A stretch of DNA of 64,000 nucleotides, from contig JAIQFR010000007.1 in NCBI GenBank assembly GCA_020073205.1, positions 4,073-68,072 on the forward strand. The letters run 5' to 3'. Made by a program: the position numbers and the translations under genes. The notes beneath the pieces were generated by a model. The model made no database searches, was not told the origin of the DNA, and saw only the letters and a program-made list of their open reading frames with translations. The stretch's first letter is position 1, and every line of letters starts with the position of its first letter. Source of the DNA: Terriglobia bacterium. Lineage in GTDB: Bacteria > Acidobacteriota > Polarisedimenticolia > Polarisedimenticolales > JAIQFR01. Positions 16,505-25,200 of the stretch are shown piece by piece.

Positions 16505-16777
16505 ATGAGAAGGAACTCGATTTGGCTCGTGACCGCAGCGCTACTGCTGGCCGCGGCGGCCTCCGTGGTCGCGCTCGCGGGGTTCGGAGACAACGGCGGG
16601 GGGCAGGTGTTCGACGTCATCAGGAATCCCCCCGGCGGGAGCGGCTGCATCTGCCCGGCCAACTGGGACCCCGTCGTCTGCAGGGCCCAGGACGGCTCGG
16701 CCCACTACTTCTCGAACCTGTGCGTTGCGGGGTGCTACGGCTACACCTCCTGCGCCCGGGTGATCATCTCCCAGTAG
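16505..16777 (+). CDS. Small secreted Kazal-type protease-inhibitor-like protein
   Basis: RBS GAGAGGAGAGA. Signal peptide MRRNSIWLVTAALLLAAAASVVALA. CICPANWDPVVCRAQDGSAHYFSNLCVAGCYGYTSC fits the Kazal Cys spacing (PVC..DG..Y.N.C...C). Confidence 0.5.
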   Translation: MRRNSIWLVTAALLLAAAASVVALAGFGDNGGGQVFDVIRNPPGGSGCICPANWDPVVCRAQDGSAHYFSNLCVAGCYGYTSCARVIISQ

Positions 16778-16801
16778 CTGGGCAGCTCGGGAGCGGGGCG
16801 A

Positions 16802-16829
16802 GGGGAGGCGCGTCGCTCGGCGCGCCTCC
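16802..16829. terminator. GC-rich hairpin (GGGAGGCGCG-tcgctcgg-CGCGCCTCCC) between convergent genes
   Basis: 10-bp stem. No U-tract. Confidence 0.3.
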
Positions 16830-16861
16830 CTCCACTCGCCCGGACCGGTGATGCCTCGGGC

Positions 16862-17293
16862 TCAGCCGCCCTGCTTCGGGTCCTTCACGACGACCTGCAT
16901 CACCGGATCCGGCGACTCCACGAATCCCCAGGGGGGGTTCCCGCAGAGGCGCACCGCGACCATGCCCACCGGGCGAAGGTAGGTCGCCTGGACCTCGATC
17001 GACGAGCGGGCCGGAACGTCGAGGCGCGCCCAGAACGTGCGCCGGGTCCCGTCCACGGTCAGTGAAACGTACAGCGAATCCGACGCCGCCCAACCCGAGG
17101 TGTTGGACAGCGTGTACGCGTCCCCGCTCGCGAGCGTCTGGTGGTCCGTGACCCTGCTGATCGGCGGCGCGCAGTCACCGGGGCCAGGACTCGGCAAGAC
17201 CTCCAGGACGGCGACGCTCCCGTCCGAGACTACCGGAAGTGGCGCGAGGACCAGCAGGAGCGCGAGCACCTGCAGTCTTCTGGACCTGCTCAT
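16862..17293 (-). CDS. Secreted hypothetical protein
   Basis: Signal peptide MSRSRRLQVLALLLVLAPLPVVSDGS. Overlaps the 3' end of the upstream regulator ORF by about 118 nt, so one boundary is probably wrong. Confidence 0.4.
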   Translation of the reverse strand: MSRSRRLQVLALLLVLAPLPVVSDGSVAVLEVLPSPGPGDCAPPISRVTDHQTLASGDAYTLSNTSGWAASDSLYVSLTVDGTRRTFWARLDVPARSSIEVQATYLRPVGMVAVRLCGNPPWGFVESPDPVMQVVVKDPKQGG

Positions 17294-18494
17294 GGATTCC
17301 TCCGTCGACGGTGGCGCGCGCGGAACGCGCTCCATCCTGGCCGATCAGACGTTCGAACTCCCGGAGCGCGGGGACGTGCTTCGGTACCCACGGCGCGAGC
17401 CGCTCGAGCCGGCGCCGAGAGGCCCGGGCCCGGGCGGTGTCGCCGGCCTTCCGGGCCTGCCGGAAGATCTCCAGCAGGGCGGTGAAGCCGAGCCGCCGAT
17501 TCTCGGCTCGCGCGGCGACGGCGGCGGCCCGGGTCCAGCGCTGGAGGGCTCGCTCCAGATCGCCCTCCCGCTCGTCGATGCGTCCGAGGAGCAGCTCGCT
17601 GTAGGCCAGGGCCAGGGGAAGATCGTGCTCCCGGCCCATCCGCTTCGCCGCGAGGGCGAGTCGCCGCGCATGCGCGACGTTCCCCAGGTGGATCGAGCAG
17701 TCGGCCAGCATGAGGAGCGTCTGGGCCTGGAACGAAGGGCTCGGGAGGAGCTGTCCCTCCTCCTGCTCGCTCTCGCGGTACGCGGCGAGGGCCCGCCTGA
17801 GGAAATCGGACGCGATCTCCCACCGCTCCTGGTCGAGCGCCGCGTTGGCCCGCGCGTTGTACGCGAACGCGAGCGTGCGGGAGTCCCCGGCGGAAAGCGC
17901 CTCGGCCGCCGCGGAATCGGCGTACTCCTCGGCCCGTTTCATGTCGCCCAGACACCGGTGGCAGTTGGACTTCCGCTCGTGCACCAACGCGAGCTGGGCC
18001 GGGCTCAGGCCGCCCGAGGCCTCGAGCTCCTCGAGCTCGAGCAGCGCCAGCTCGTTCCTTCCCAGGGAGCGAATGGCGGTGGCGAGATTGCTCCAGGCCG
18101 CGACGCGCTTTTCCTCGCCGGCGAGCGGGAGGGCGTCGCGGAAGCACGCGTAGGCCTCCCACTTCCGGTCGCCCGCGACGAGGGCGGCTCCCCCCAGGCG
18201 GTGAAGCTCGTCGTAGCTCTTCCCGCCGGTCTCGAGCCCGAGGCGTTCGACCTCTCGGTCGAGCTCCATCCGCTCGATGAGGGCGCCGGGGCGGACGTCG
18301 TAGATGCGGCTGAGCGGTCCGAGCTTGAACAGCGAAGGCACCTGCTGGCCCCGCTCCAGCCGCGACAGGGTCCCCTTGTCGAGGGTCTCCGGCGAGCCGC
18401 GCGTGAGCTCGGAGACCCGGTTCAGGGACAGGCCCCTCCGCTCGCGCAGCGAGCGGAGGTACCGGCCGAACGCCACCGCCGAGGGTTCCGCCAT
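17175..18494 (-). CDS. XRE-family HTH transcriptional regulator with C-terminal TPR-like repeats
   Basis: Start at MAEPSAVAFGRYLRSLRERRGLSLNRVSELT (HTH_XRE), followed by repeated A/L-rich TPR-like helices. Confidence 0.6.
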   Translation of the reverse strand: MAEPSAVAFGRYLRSLRERRGLSLNRVSELTRGSPETLDKGTLSRLERGQQVPSLFKLGPLSRIYDVRPGALIERMELDREVERLGLETGGKSYDELHRLGGAALVAGDRKWEAYACFRDALPLAGEEKRVAAWSNLATAIRSLGRNELALLELEELEASGGLSPAQLALVHERKSNCHRCLGDMKRAEEYADSAAAEALSAGDSRTLAFAYNARANAALDQERWEIASDFLRRALAAYRESEQEEGQLLPSPSFQAQTLLMLADCSIHLGNVAHARRLALAAKRMGREHDLPLALAYSELLLGRIDEREGDLERALQRWTRAAAVAARAENRRLGFTALLEIFRQARKAGDTARARASRRRLERLAPWVPKHVPALREFERLIGQDGARSARATVDGGIHEQVQKTAGARAPAGPRATSGSLGRERRRPGGLAESWPR

Positions 18495-18796
18495 GAGATC
18501 ACCCGGATCGCGGTAATCGCGCCTCGCCGCCCTCGTCGAACTTATACGCTGCGTTCCTGACCCGGGCAACGGGCGCGCCGAAGGCCGACTCCCGGCGATC
18601 CGGTCGGGGGGGCGCTCGCCGAAGCGATTCCGCGACATGGTGGTTGGCCCTTCCGGCACTTCATCTGGAAGTTACCGTGCGGGCCAGGTCCGGCTGGGAA
18701 CGCCGTCCCACCTCGGGGTTGTGGATCCACAACCCCTCGGCGCGTCGGCTTCGTGGGGCCGAACGACCCCAGGACGCCCGACCGGGACGACGGGAC

Positions 18797-20257
18797 TCAG
18801 TAATCGCGGGTGAGAATCTCCGTGGCCCGCCGGCAGATCTCGCGACCGTAGTCGACCCACACCCCCTGTCCCCAATAGCGGTAGCAGCTGGTCTGCGACG
18901 TCAGGAGGTGGAAGAGGGCGTTGCGGTACCGCGGCTCGTGCGACGGCAGGCCGGGCTTCAGCACCTTCTCGTGGAACAACGAGCTGACCCGCTCCATCGG
19001 CCCCAGCAGAGCGTCGTAGCCGTGTACCCAGGAGATGTTGTTCGTCCAGCTCCCTCCCTCGACGTGAAACCGCGAGTCCTCCTTGCGCAGCTCGTCGATC
19101 ACCCGAGCGAGCCTGTCCGGCCCCTGGCCCGGCTCGAATCGGTCCCGGATCCGTTTCTGGAGGATGGGCTGGAGGACGGGGAGGTCCTCCTCCTTCACGC
19201 CGCTCGCGAACAGGTTCTCGAGGTACTCCGTGACGTTCATCAGCACGATGTCGGAGCCGGTGGACTCGCGCACGACCTCCAGGTACTTGGAGGGGAACTC
19301 GTTCATCATGACGCCGCCGTTCTCGCCGTCGGCGATCTGGGTCACGAGGGGCGGCACCATGGCTCCCGCGACGTCCCAGCGGGCCAGCCCCTTCGCCTCG
19401 TAATAGGGCTGCATCTGGCCGACCAGCTTCGTGTCGCTTCCCTGGGTCTTGACCACCGCGAGGATCGACGCCGTCTCCCCGCCGGAGCTCGTGCACTGGA
19501 GCCGGTGGGGGAGGTGCTTCCGGTCCGGAGCCCTCCCGTCCGGCTGCTCGACCGAATGCTCCTGGACCAGCACCCAGCGATAGCCGCAGTCGCGGAGCGT
19601 CCTGACGAACTCGTAGGCGACATCCGGATGGTTCGGTAACGCCATCTCCGCGGGGGAGAATCCCCGCACCCGGCCCAGAGCCTCGAAGCCGAAGATCGCC
19701 GCGAAGTGATGCTGCCAGGCCTGCACGTGCAGGCGGAAGTCCTGCACCGGCGTCGACGGCGCGACCGGATGGCCCCAGGCGCTCCCGAGCCACTCGACCG
19801 CGTTCCGGTACTCGGGATCGCAGGTCACGTTCCGCAGGCTGTCGAGGACGTCCTCAAGCCCCATCGCCCACAGGCCGTGGAGGAGCGTCCCCGAGTAGTC
19901 GAGCATCACCCGCGGCCCGTGCCCCTCGTGGAGCAGCTGGGGAACGAACTCACCCATCCGCCGGTAGCACCACCGGAACACCGGAGCGTTGTGGTTGTCG
20001 CCGACGTGAGGGTTGTCCATCATGAGCTTCAGGTTGCTGATGATCGCGGCGCTCCCGAGGTCGTCGCCGCCCGCCGGGACGAGGGGCTGGTGCATGTGGA
20101 GCGCGATCGCCGCCGCGCTCCTCACCCGGCCGAAATCGAAGCCGTTCCCGGCCGGGAACACCCGGCGGTCGCGCTCTCGGAGCACGGTCTCCCGGATCCG
20201 AGGCTCGGAGCCGCAGAGGTCGGGCAGGCCGTCGATGGACTCGGGCAGCTTCTCCAT
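18797..20257 (-). CDS. Glycoside hydrolase family 57 protein (probable glucan branching or processing enzyme)
   Basis: LHMHQP motif near the N-terminus. Size and position next to glgA. Confidence 0.6.
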   Translation of the reverse strand: MEKLPESIDGLPDLCGSEPRIRETVLRERDRRVFPAGNGFDFGRVRSAAAIALHMHQPLVPAGGDDLGSAAIISNLKLMMDNPHVGDNHNAPVFRWCYRRMGEFVPQLLHEGHGPRVMLDYSGTLLHGLWAMGLEDVLDSLRNVTCDPEYRNAVEWLGSAWGHPVAPSTPVQDFRLHVQAWQHHFAAIFGFEALGRVRGFSPAEMALPNHPDVAYEFVRTLRDCGYRWVLVQEHSVEQPDGRAPDRKHLPHRLQCTSSGGETASILAVVKTQGSDTKLVGQMQPYYEAKGLARWDVAGAMVPPLVTQIADGENGGVMMNEFPSKYLEVVRESTGSDIVLMNVTEYLENLFASGVKEEDLPVLQPILQKRIRDRFEPGQGPDRLARVIDELRKEDSRFHVEGGSWTNNISWVHGYDALLGPMERVSSLFHEKVLKPGLPSHEPRYRNALFHLLTSQTSCYRYWGQGVWVDYGREICRRATEILTRDY

Positions 20258-20300
20258 CGCTCGACTCCCTTCGAGCTCGCCGGCCCGCGGCCGGAGGCGC

Positions 20301-21782
20301 TCACTTGTGGCGGATGTGCTCGTAGATGTTCAGGTAGTGATCGCCGGGGTGTTTCCACGAGTAATCGGCCCGCATGCCGTTCAACATCAGTTGGCGGAAC
20401 TCCTCGGGGTGCGAGTGCCAGAGTCCGAACGCGCGGTAGAGCGCCGATTCCATCCCCGTCTCGTCCGGGTCGTTGAAGACGTAGCCGTTCTTCTGGTCCT
20501 GCGGGCAGGGAGCGTGGTCGCGGTCCAGGACCGTGTCGGCGAGCCCGCCCACGGCCCGGACGATCGGCACGGCGCCGTACCTCAGCCCGATCATCTGGGT
20601 CAGGCCGCAGGGCTCGTAGTTGCTGGGCATCACCAGCATGTCGGCGCCGGCGTAGACCAGGTGGGACAGGTCGGCGTCGAAGCGGAGCTCGAGGTGGCAG
20701 TCCGGGTTGTCGTTGAGGTACTGCTTGAGGTGCCCGAAGTAGCCGTCGATGGAGGGATCGGGGCTCGACCCGAGCAGCACGAACTGGGCGCCGTGCCACA
20801 ACGAGTAGAAGAGCGCGTGCCGCACGAGATGCACGCCCTTCTGGCGGTCGAGCCGGCCGACGAAGGCCACGACGGGCTTGTAGCCGTCGCGGAGCCAGAA
20901 CCTCTCGCGCAGGGCGCGCTTGTTGTCGTACTTCTGGTCCACGGAATCCGGCGTGTAGCGCCGCGCGATGAACGGATCGATCTCCGGGTTCCACACCCCG
21001 TAGTCGATGCCGTTCAGCACGCCGCCGAACTTGCCGCGGTGAACCCAGAGCGTGTAGCCGAGCCCGAGACCCTGATCCGAGTTCATGGCCTCCCAGGCGT
21101 GATGGGGGGAGACCGTGGTCACGAAGTTCGAGTAGACGATTCCGCCCTTGAGCAGGTTCAGCGAGCCGGGGTGGATGTTGTCCTGCAGGCGGTCGTGGTG
21201 GACGTAGTATTCGGGGCGTCCCAGCCCGGCGGCCCACAGAACTTCCTGCCCGATCAACCCCTGGTGGCCGAAGTTGTGGATCGTGAGGCAGACGCGCTGG
21301 TTCTCCATGCCGTGGTACTTGTAGATCTCGAAGAGCAGCACCGGCAGAAGGGCGGTCTGCCAGTCGTGGCAGTGGATCACGTCGGGACGCTTCCCCGACT
21401 TGAGCAGGTATTCGATCGCCGCCTTGCTGAAGAACGCGTAGCGCATCACGTCGTCGGAATAGCCGTAGGCCAGCGGCCGGTGGAAGAAGTTGTCGCCGGA
21501 GTGCGGCTCGATGAAGAAGCACTTGCGTCCGTCCACGAAGCCGAAGTAGACGGAGCAGTGGATCGCGCCGCTGTACCACGGAACCCACAGGTCGCGGTAA
21601 TCGACGGTCAGCCCCCAGATCCGGTCGTACCGCATCCGGTCGTACTTGGGAAGGATGATTTCGACCGCGTTCCCGCGAATCTCCAGCTCGCGGCTCAAGC
21701 CGGCGATGACGTCGGCCAGGCCCCCCACTTGCACGACGGGGAAGCACTCCGGCGCGACCATGACGACGTACATGATTCCCAC
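20301..21782 (-). CDS. glgA: Glycogen (starch) synthase, GT5
   Basis: MYVVMVAPECFPVVQVGGLADV...HCHDWQTAL...GGLADTV motifs of GlgA. Confidence 0.85.
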   Translation of the reverse strand: MGIMYVVMVAPECFPVVQVGGLADVIAGLSRELEIRGNAVEIILPKYDRMRYDRIWGLTVDYRDLWVPWYSGAIHCSVYFGFVDGRKCFFIEPHSGDNFFHRPLAYGYSDDVMRYAFFSKAAIEYLLKSGKRPDVIHCHDWQTALLPVLLFEIYKYHGMENQRVCLTIHNFGHQGLIGQEVLWAAGLGRPEYYVHHDRLQDNIHPGSLNLLKGGIVYSNFVTTVSPHHAWEAMNSDQGLGLGYTLWVHRGKFGGVLNGIDYGVWNPEIDPFIARRYTPDSVDQKYDNKRALRERFWLRDGYKPVVAFVGRLDRQKGVHLVRHALFYSLWHGAQFVLLGSSPDPSIDGYFGHLKQYLNDNPDCHLELRFDADLSHLVYAGADMLVMPSNYEPCGLTQMIGLRYGAVPIVRAVGGLADTVLDRDHAPCPQDQKNGYVFNDPDETGMESALYRAFGLWHSHPEEFRQLMLNGMRADYSWKHPGDHYLNIYEHIRHK

Positions 21783-22226
21783 CCGCTCCCGCGAGATCCC
21801 CCTCGTGCCGTGCCAACTCTACACTTCCCGCCCGCCCGAGAAAAGTCCGGATTCCGCTCTCCGATCGACCGACGGTGAGAGATGCGCTACGCGGGTCTGC
21901 CGGCCGACAGCGAGATTCTCCGCACCGCGACGAGCGGTCGTGTTGAAGGGCCGCACGCGATCGGGAAACAGACGCAGCGCTCATGTGGCATTGACCTAAC
22001 TTCCTGAATTCGGTATATGTTCGCCAGCAGCGTTGAGAAGGCCGGCATGATCTCGGGGGCGAGCCACCGAGCCTCGTGCGACTCGAGATAGGCGGCGGAG
22101 CCCGGCGGCAAGCCGGAGCACGTGTCGTTGCACGACTCATTGCGACCGTAAAGAGGAGCCACGCGAGGGGGAGGCCCCCGACGAGTTCGCCACCTTGGAT
22201 CGTACGCCAGCGAGGGGGGGATTCCG

Positions 22227-25200
22227 ATGAAGCACCAGCGCACCGCAACGAAGGCCGCAGTGTCGATGTTCCTCGCGGCCATGAGCGTCGTGGCCGCCTC
22301 GCCTGACCGGGCACGCGCCGACATCACCTGGGCGGACACCAACCAGTTCAAGGGCAAGGTCGTCACGGGCTTCAACGACGAGGACTTCATTCGCGACAGA
22401 TGCCAGGGGAATCTGCCCAACGGGTACAAGTACCTGGACTGGGAGCAGCTGCCCCATCCTGGGCTCGGCTTCGCCGTCGCCTATGAGTCGGACTCGGGAT
22501 TCACCGAGTTCGGCGCCCGGTTTCACGTGGCGGGCTCCAATAACCCACAGGCCTTCGACGTGTGGGTGCTGGCGGTCGACCGCACGAGCACGGGCGCGCC
22601 GCCGCCCGACGGACAGCTGGAAGTGCGGATGCGCCAGTACAACGCGGCCATTTTCGGAGACAACGCCCTCGTGGGCATACCCCCCGTGGCGGGCTCCTCG
22701 GTCGCGGTGAGCGTGTCCACCTATCCCGACGCTTGCTGGCGATACGGCCGGATCGTGCTCCAGGCCCCCGTTCCGGAGGCGAATTACTGGTTCACGGCAC
22801 GCTGGGTGCGATCGAATGGGAGCACGGGAATCAACTCCTTCGACATCCTGCTCGAGAGTGACGGCGTCGGGGACGGCCTGTACCTGTCGGGCGACCAGGG
22901 ATTCTGGAGGCGAGGGACGAGCTGGGACTTCATGATCGTGGTCTCCCAGGACCCCACGACGCCGGTTCCGAACGAAAACCCCACCGCCAGGATCGTGGCG
23001 GCGGACTCGGTCCAGGTGAACCAAGCCCTAACGCTGGACGGCTCCAGCTCCGATCCGGGCCACGGACCGCAGACTTGCCCAGCGCAGCCCGGTGGCTTGT
23101 GCGCCGACTGGATCGAAACCGCTCGGAACGTCTGGACCCTGTCCCGCCCGGCTGGCAGCCAGGCGGTCATCCATACGAATCCCAACGACCTGAGCGCGGC
23201 CACGCTCACACCGGACCAGTTGGGCGACTACGACGTGTCGCTGACGGTGAACGATCACTGGGGGGGCGTCAACACTGCGAGCCACACGGTTCACGCCATG
23301 CAGAATCCGCCGACGGTGAGCGCTCCCACGTTCAAGAACGCGGCGGACAACAGTCCGATTGAGGCCGTGCACGAGGCCGACTCCGGGACGTCCATCGCCT
23401 TCTGCGCCACGGTCGGCAACGCCGGTGCCAATCCGGTCTACGCTTGGACGGCGACGGCCCGCTATTCCGACGGCTCCACGCGCTCGACCGTCTTCTCCGC
23501 GGAGGCATCGCCCACCAAGACGATCGCCGAGGTCAGCAACAGCGCCAACCCGCCGCTCGGTGACAACGGCCAGTGGAAGGACACGGCCTACGACATCGCG
23601 CTCACGGTGACGAACGCGGGTGGCTCGACGACCGGCCCGGTCCGTACTTTCTGGATAAGCCAATGGCCCAAGATCGAGTTCACCTACGGCACGCCGGAGT
23701 GGGGCGTCGGGGAGGATTTCAGGTTCCATCTTCCGGTCACCGTCACGCTCTGGGCCCAGCGCGTCGGCCTGGCCGCCGGCGACATACCGTTCGAGCTGAG
23801 AAGGTCCGACGGGACGCACCTCGACCAGGAGTACGCGTCCGTCGACCTGGCCACGGGCCATTCCGCCACGTACCGGAACCTCCTCACGCTGTCGGACAAG
23901 CTCACCTGGGACCCCGACTACTGTGCTACGCCCGTTCCGGTCGGGCCCCAGAAGGTCGGCGAGGAAACGACCGTCAGGGCGCTTTACATGACCGACGCGA
24001 ACGGCTTCACGTTCAACTCGGAGGCCATCCCCAGCCAGCGCGTCGCTTACACGGACGTCACGGTCCCTGGGTACAAGTACGCCCCGTACACCCTCGCCTA
24101 CGTGGACTACGTCGAGGGAGGCGCCCATTCCATCGAGGCCCTGTTCGCGAGCGGGACGTTCTTCGGAGCCCCCGTGGCGGCGGTGCTGTTCGCGGCCGAG
24201 GCGATCGAGCTGGCCCTGTGGGGCTGGGACTGCCACGAGGCCCACCACGATCCGCCCGGCTACGACATGGATTTCACGCACATCGTGCAGGTCACGGTGC
24301 CGCAGGTCAACGCGACCGCGGCCGCGGCCACGACCGACGGGGCACGGCTCGCCATGACGGCCGTCGAGCAAGGCGCCAGGATCGCGAGCGTTCGAACGGC
24401 TTACGGCGGGACGTTCAACAAGCTCTACGGGGCCTACCTGGCCGGCGACACCGACGGCATCCTTCTCCAGAGCACCGAGCTGCTCCGTCACGCCGGGGTG
24501 ATCGATCGAGAGACCGCCACCCAAGCGGCCAAAGTGCTGGCCGCCCAGCAGGCGGTCGGCCTTCCGACCGAGGAGGAGGTCGCCGCCTTCCAGGCGGATG
24601 TGGCCTCCCACGGATTCCCGGCCGCGGAAATCCCCTTCATGCAGCAGCTCGGCCTGACGCAGGGGGACATCGACTCGATCGCGACGCAGTTCGTCGGCGA
24701 GTCCCCTTCCGCCATCGCGGCCGGCGTGCCCGCGAATATCGACGAGACCCTTCGGCCGGTCGGCGACTTCTATCTCAAGCAGGCCCGGAGCAGCGTGCCG
24801 GCCAGATGGGTCGTGGTCGCGGCGACCTCGCCGATGGTCGATCTGCCGGTCCAGGGGACCATCACCGTGGACGCACAGGCGTTGCGCAAAGAGGAGAGCA
24901 CCCCGTACTGCATGTGCGGGCCTGCGGTGATCACGCAGGTCGCGGTGGACGGGCAACAGCTGAGCGCGGTCCCGTATCCGCCCCCGCCGTTTTGCCCGCC
25001 CCCGCCGGTCTCTCCCCCTCAGGCGGTGCCGGTGCAGCTCAACACGGCCGCGCTCCCCGACGGACCGCACACCCTCACGGTGACCGCGCAGGACTCGATG
25101 CAGTGCGCGCCTCAAAACGACCCGCGCGAGCACATCAATTCGGACACGATCCGGTTTTACGTGGACAACACGCCGCCGGTCGTGCAGATGACATCGCCGG

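Noticed and set aside
21783-22226. 445-bp divergent intergenic region between glgA and the 1814-aa gene, with an AT-richer patch near 21990..22030
   Set aside because: It probably contains both promoters, but no confident -35/-10 pair could be identified by eye.
17037-22314. ORFs 17037..18560 (+), 17290..18162 (-), 18644..19639 (+), 18672..19793 (-), 20013..21878 (+) and 20122..22314 (-)
   Set aside because: Overlap well-supported regulator, GH57 and glgA frames. Low-complexity translations.
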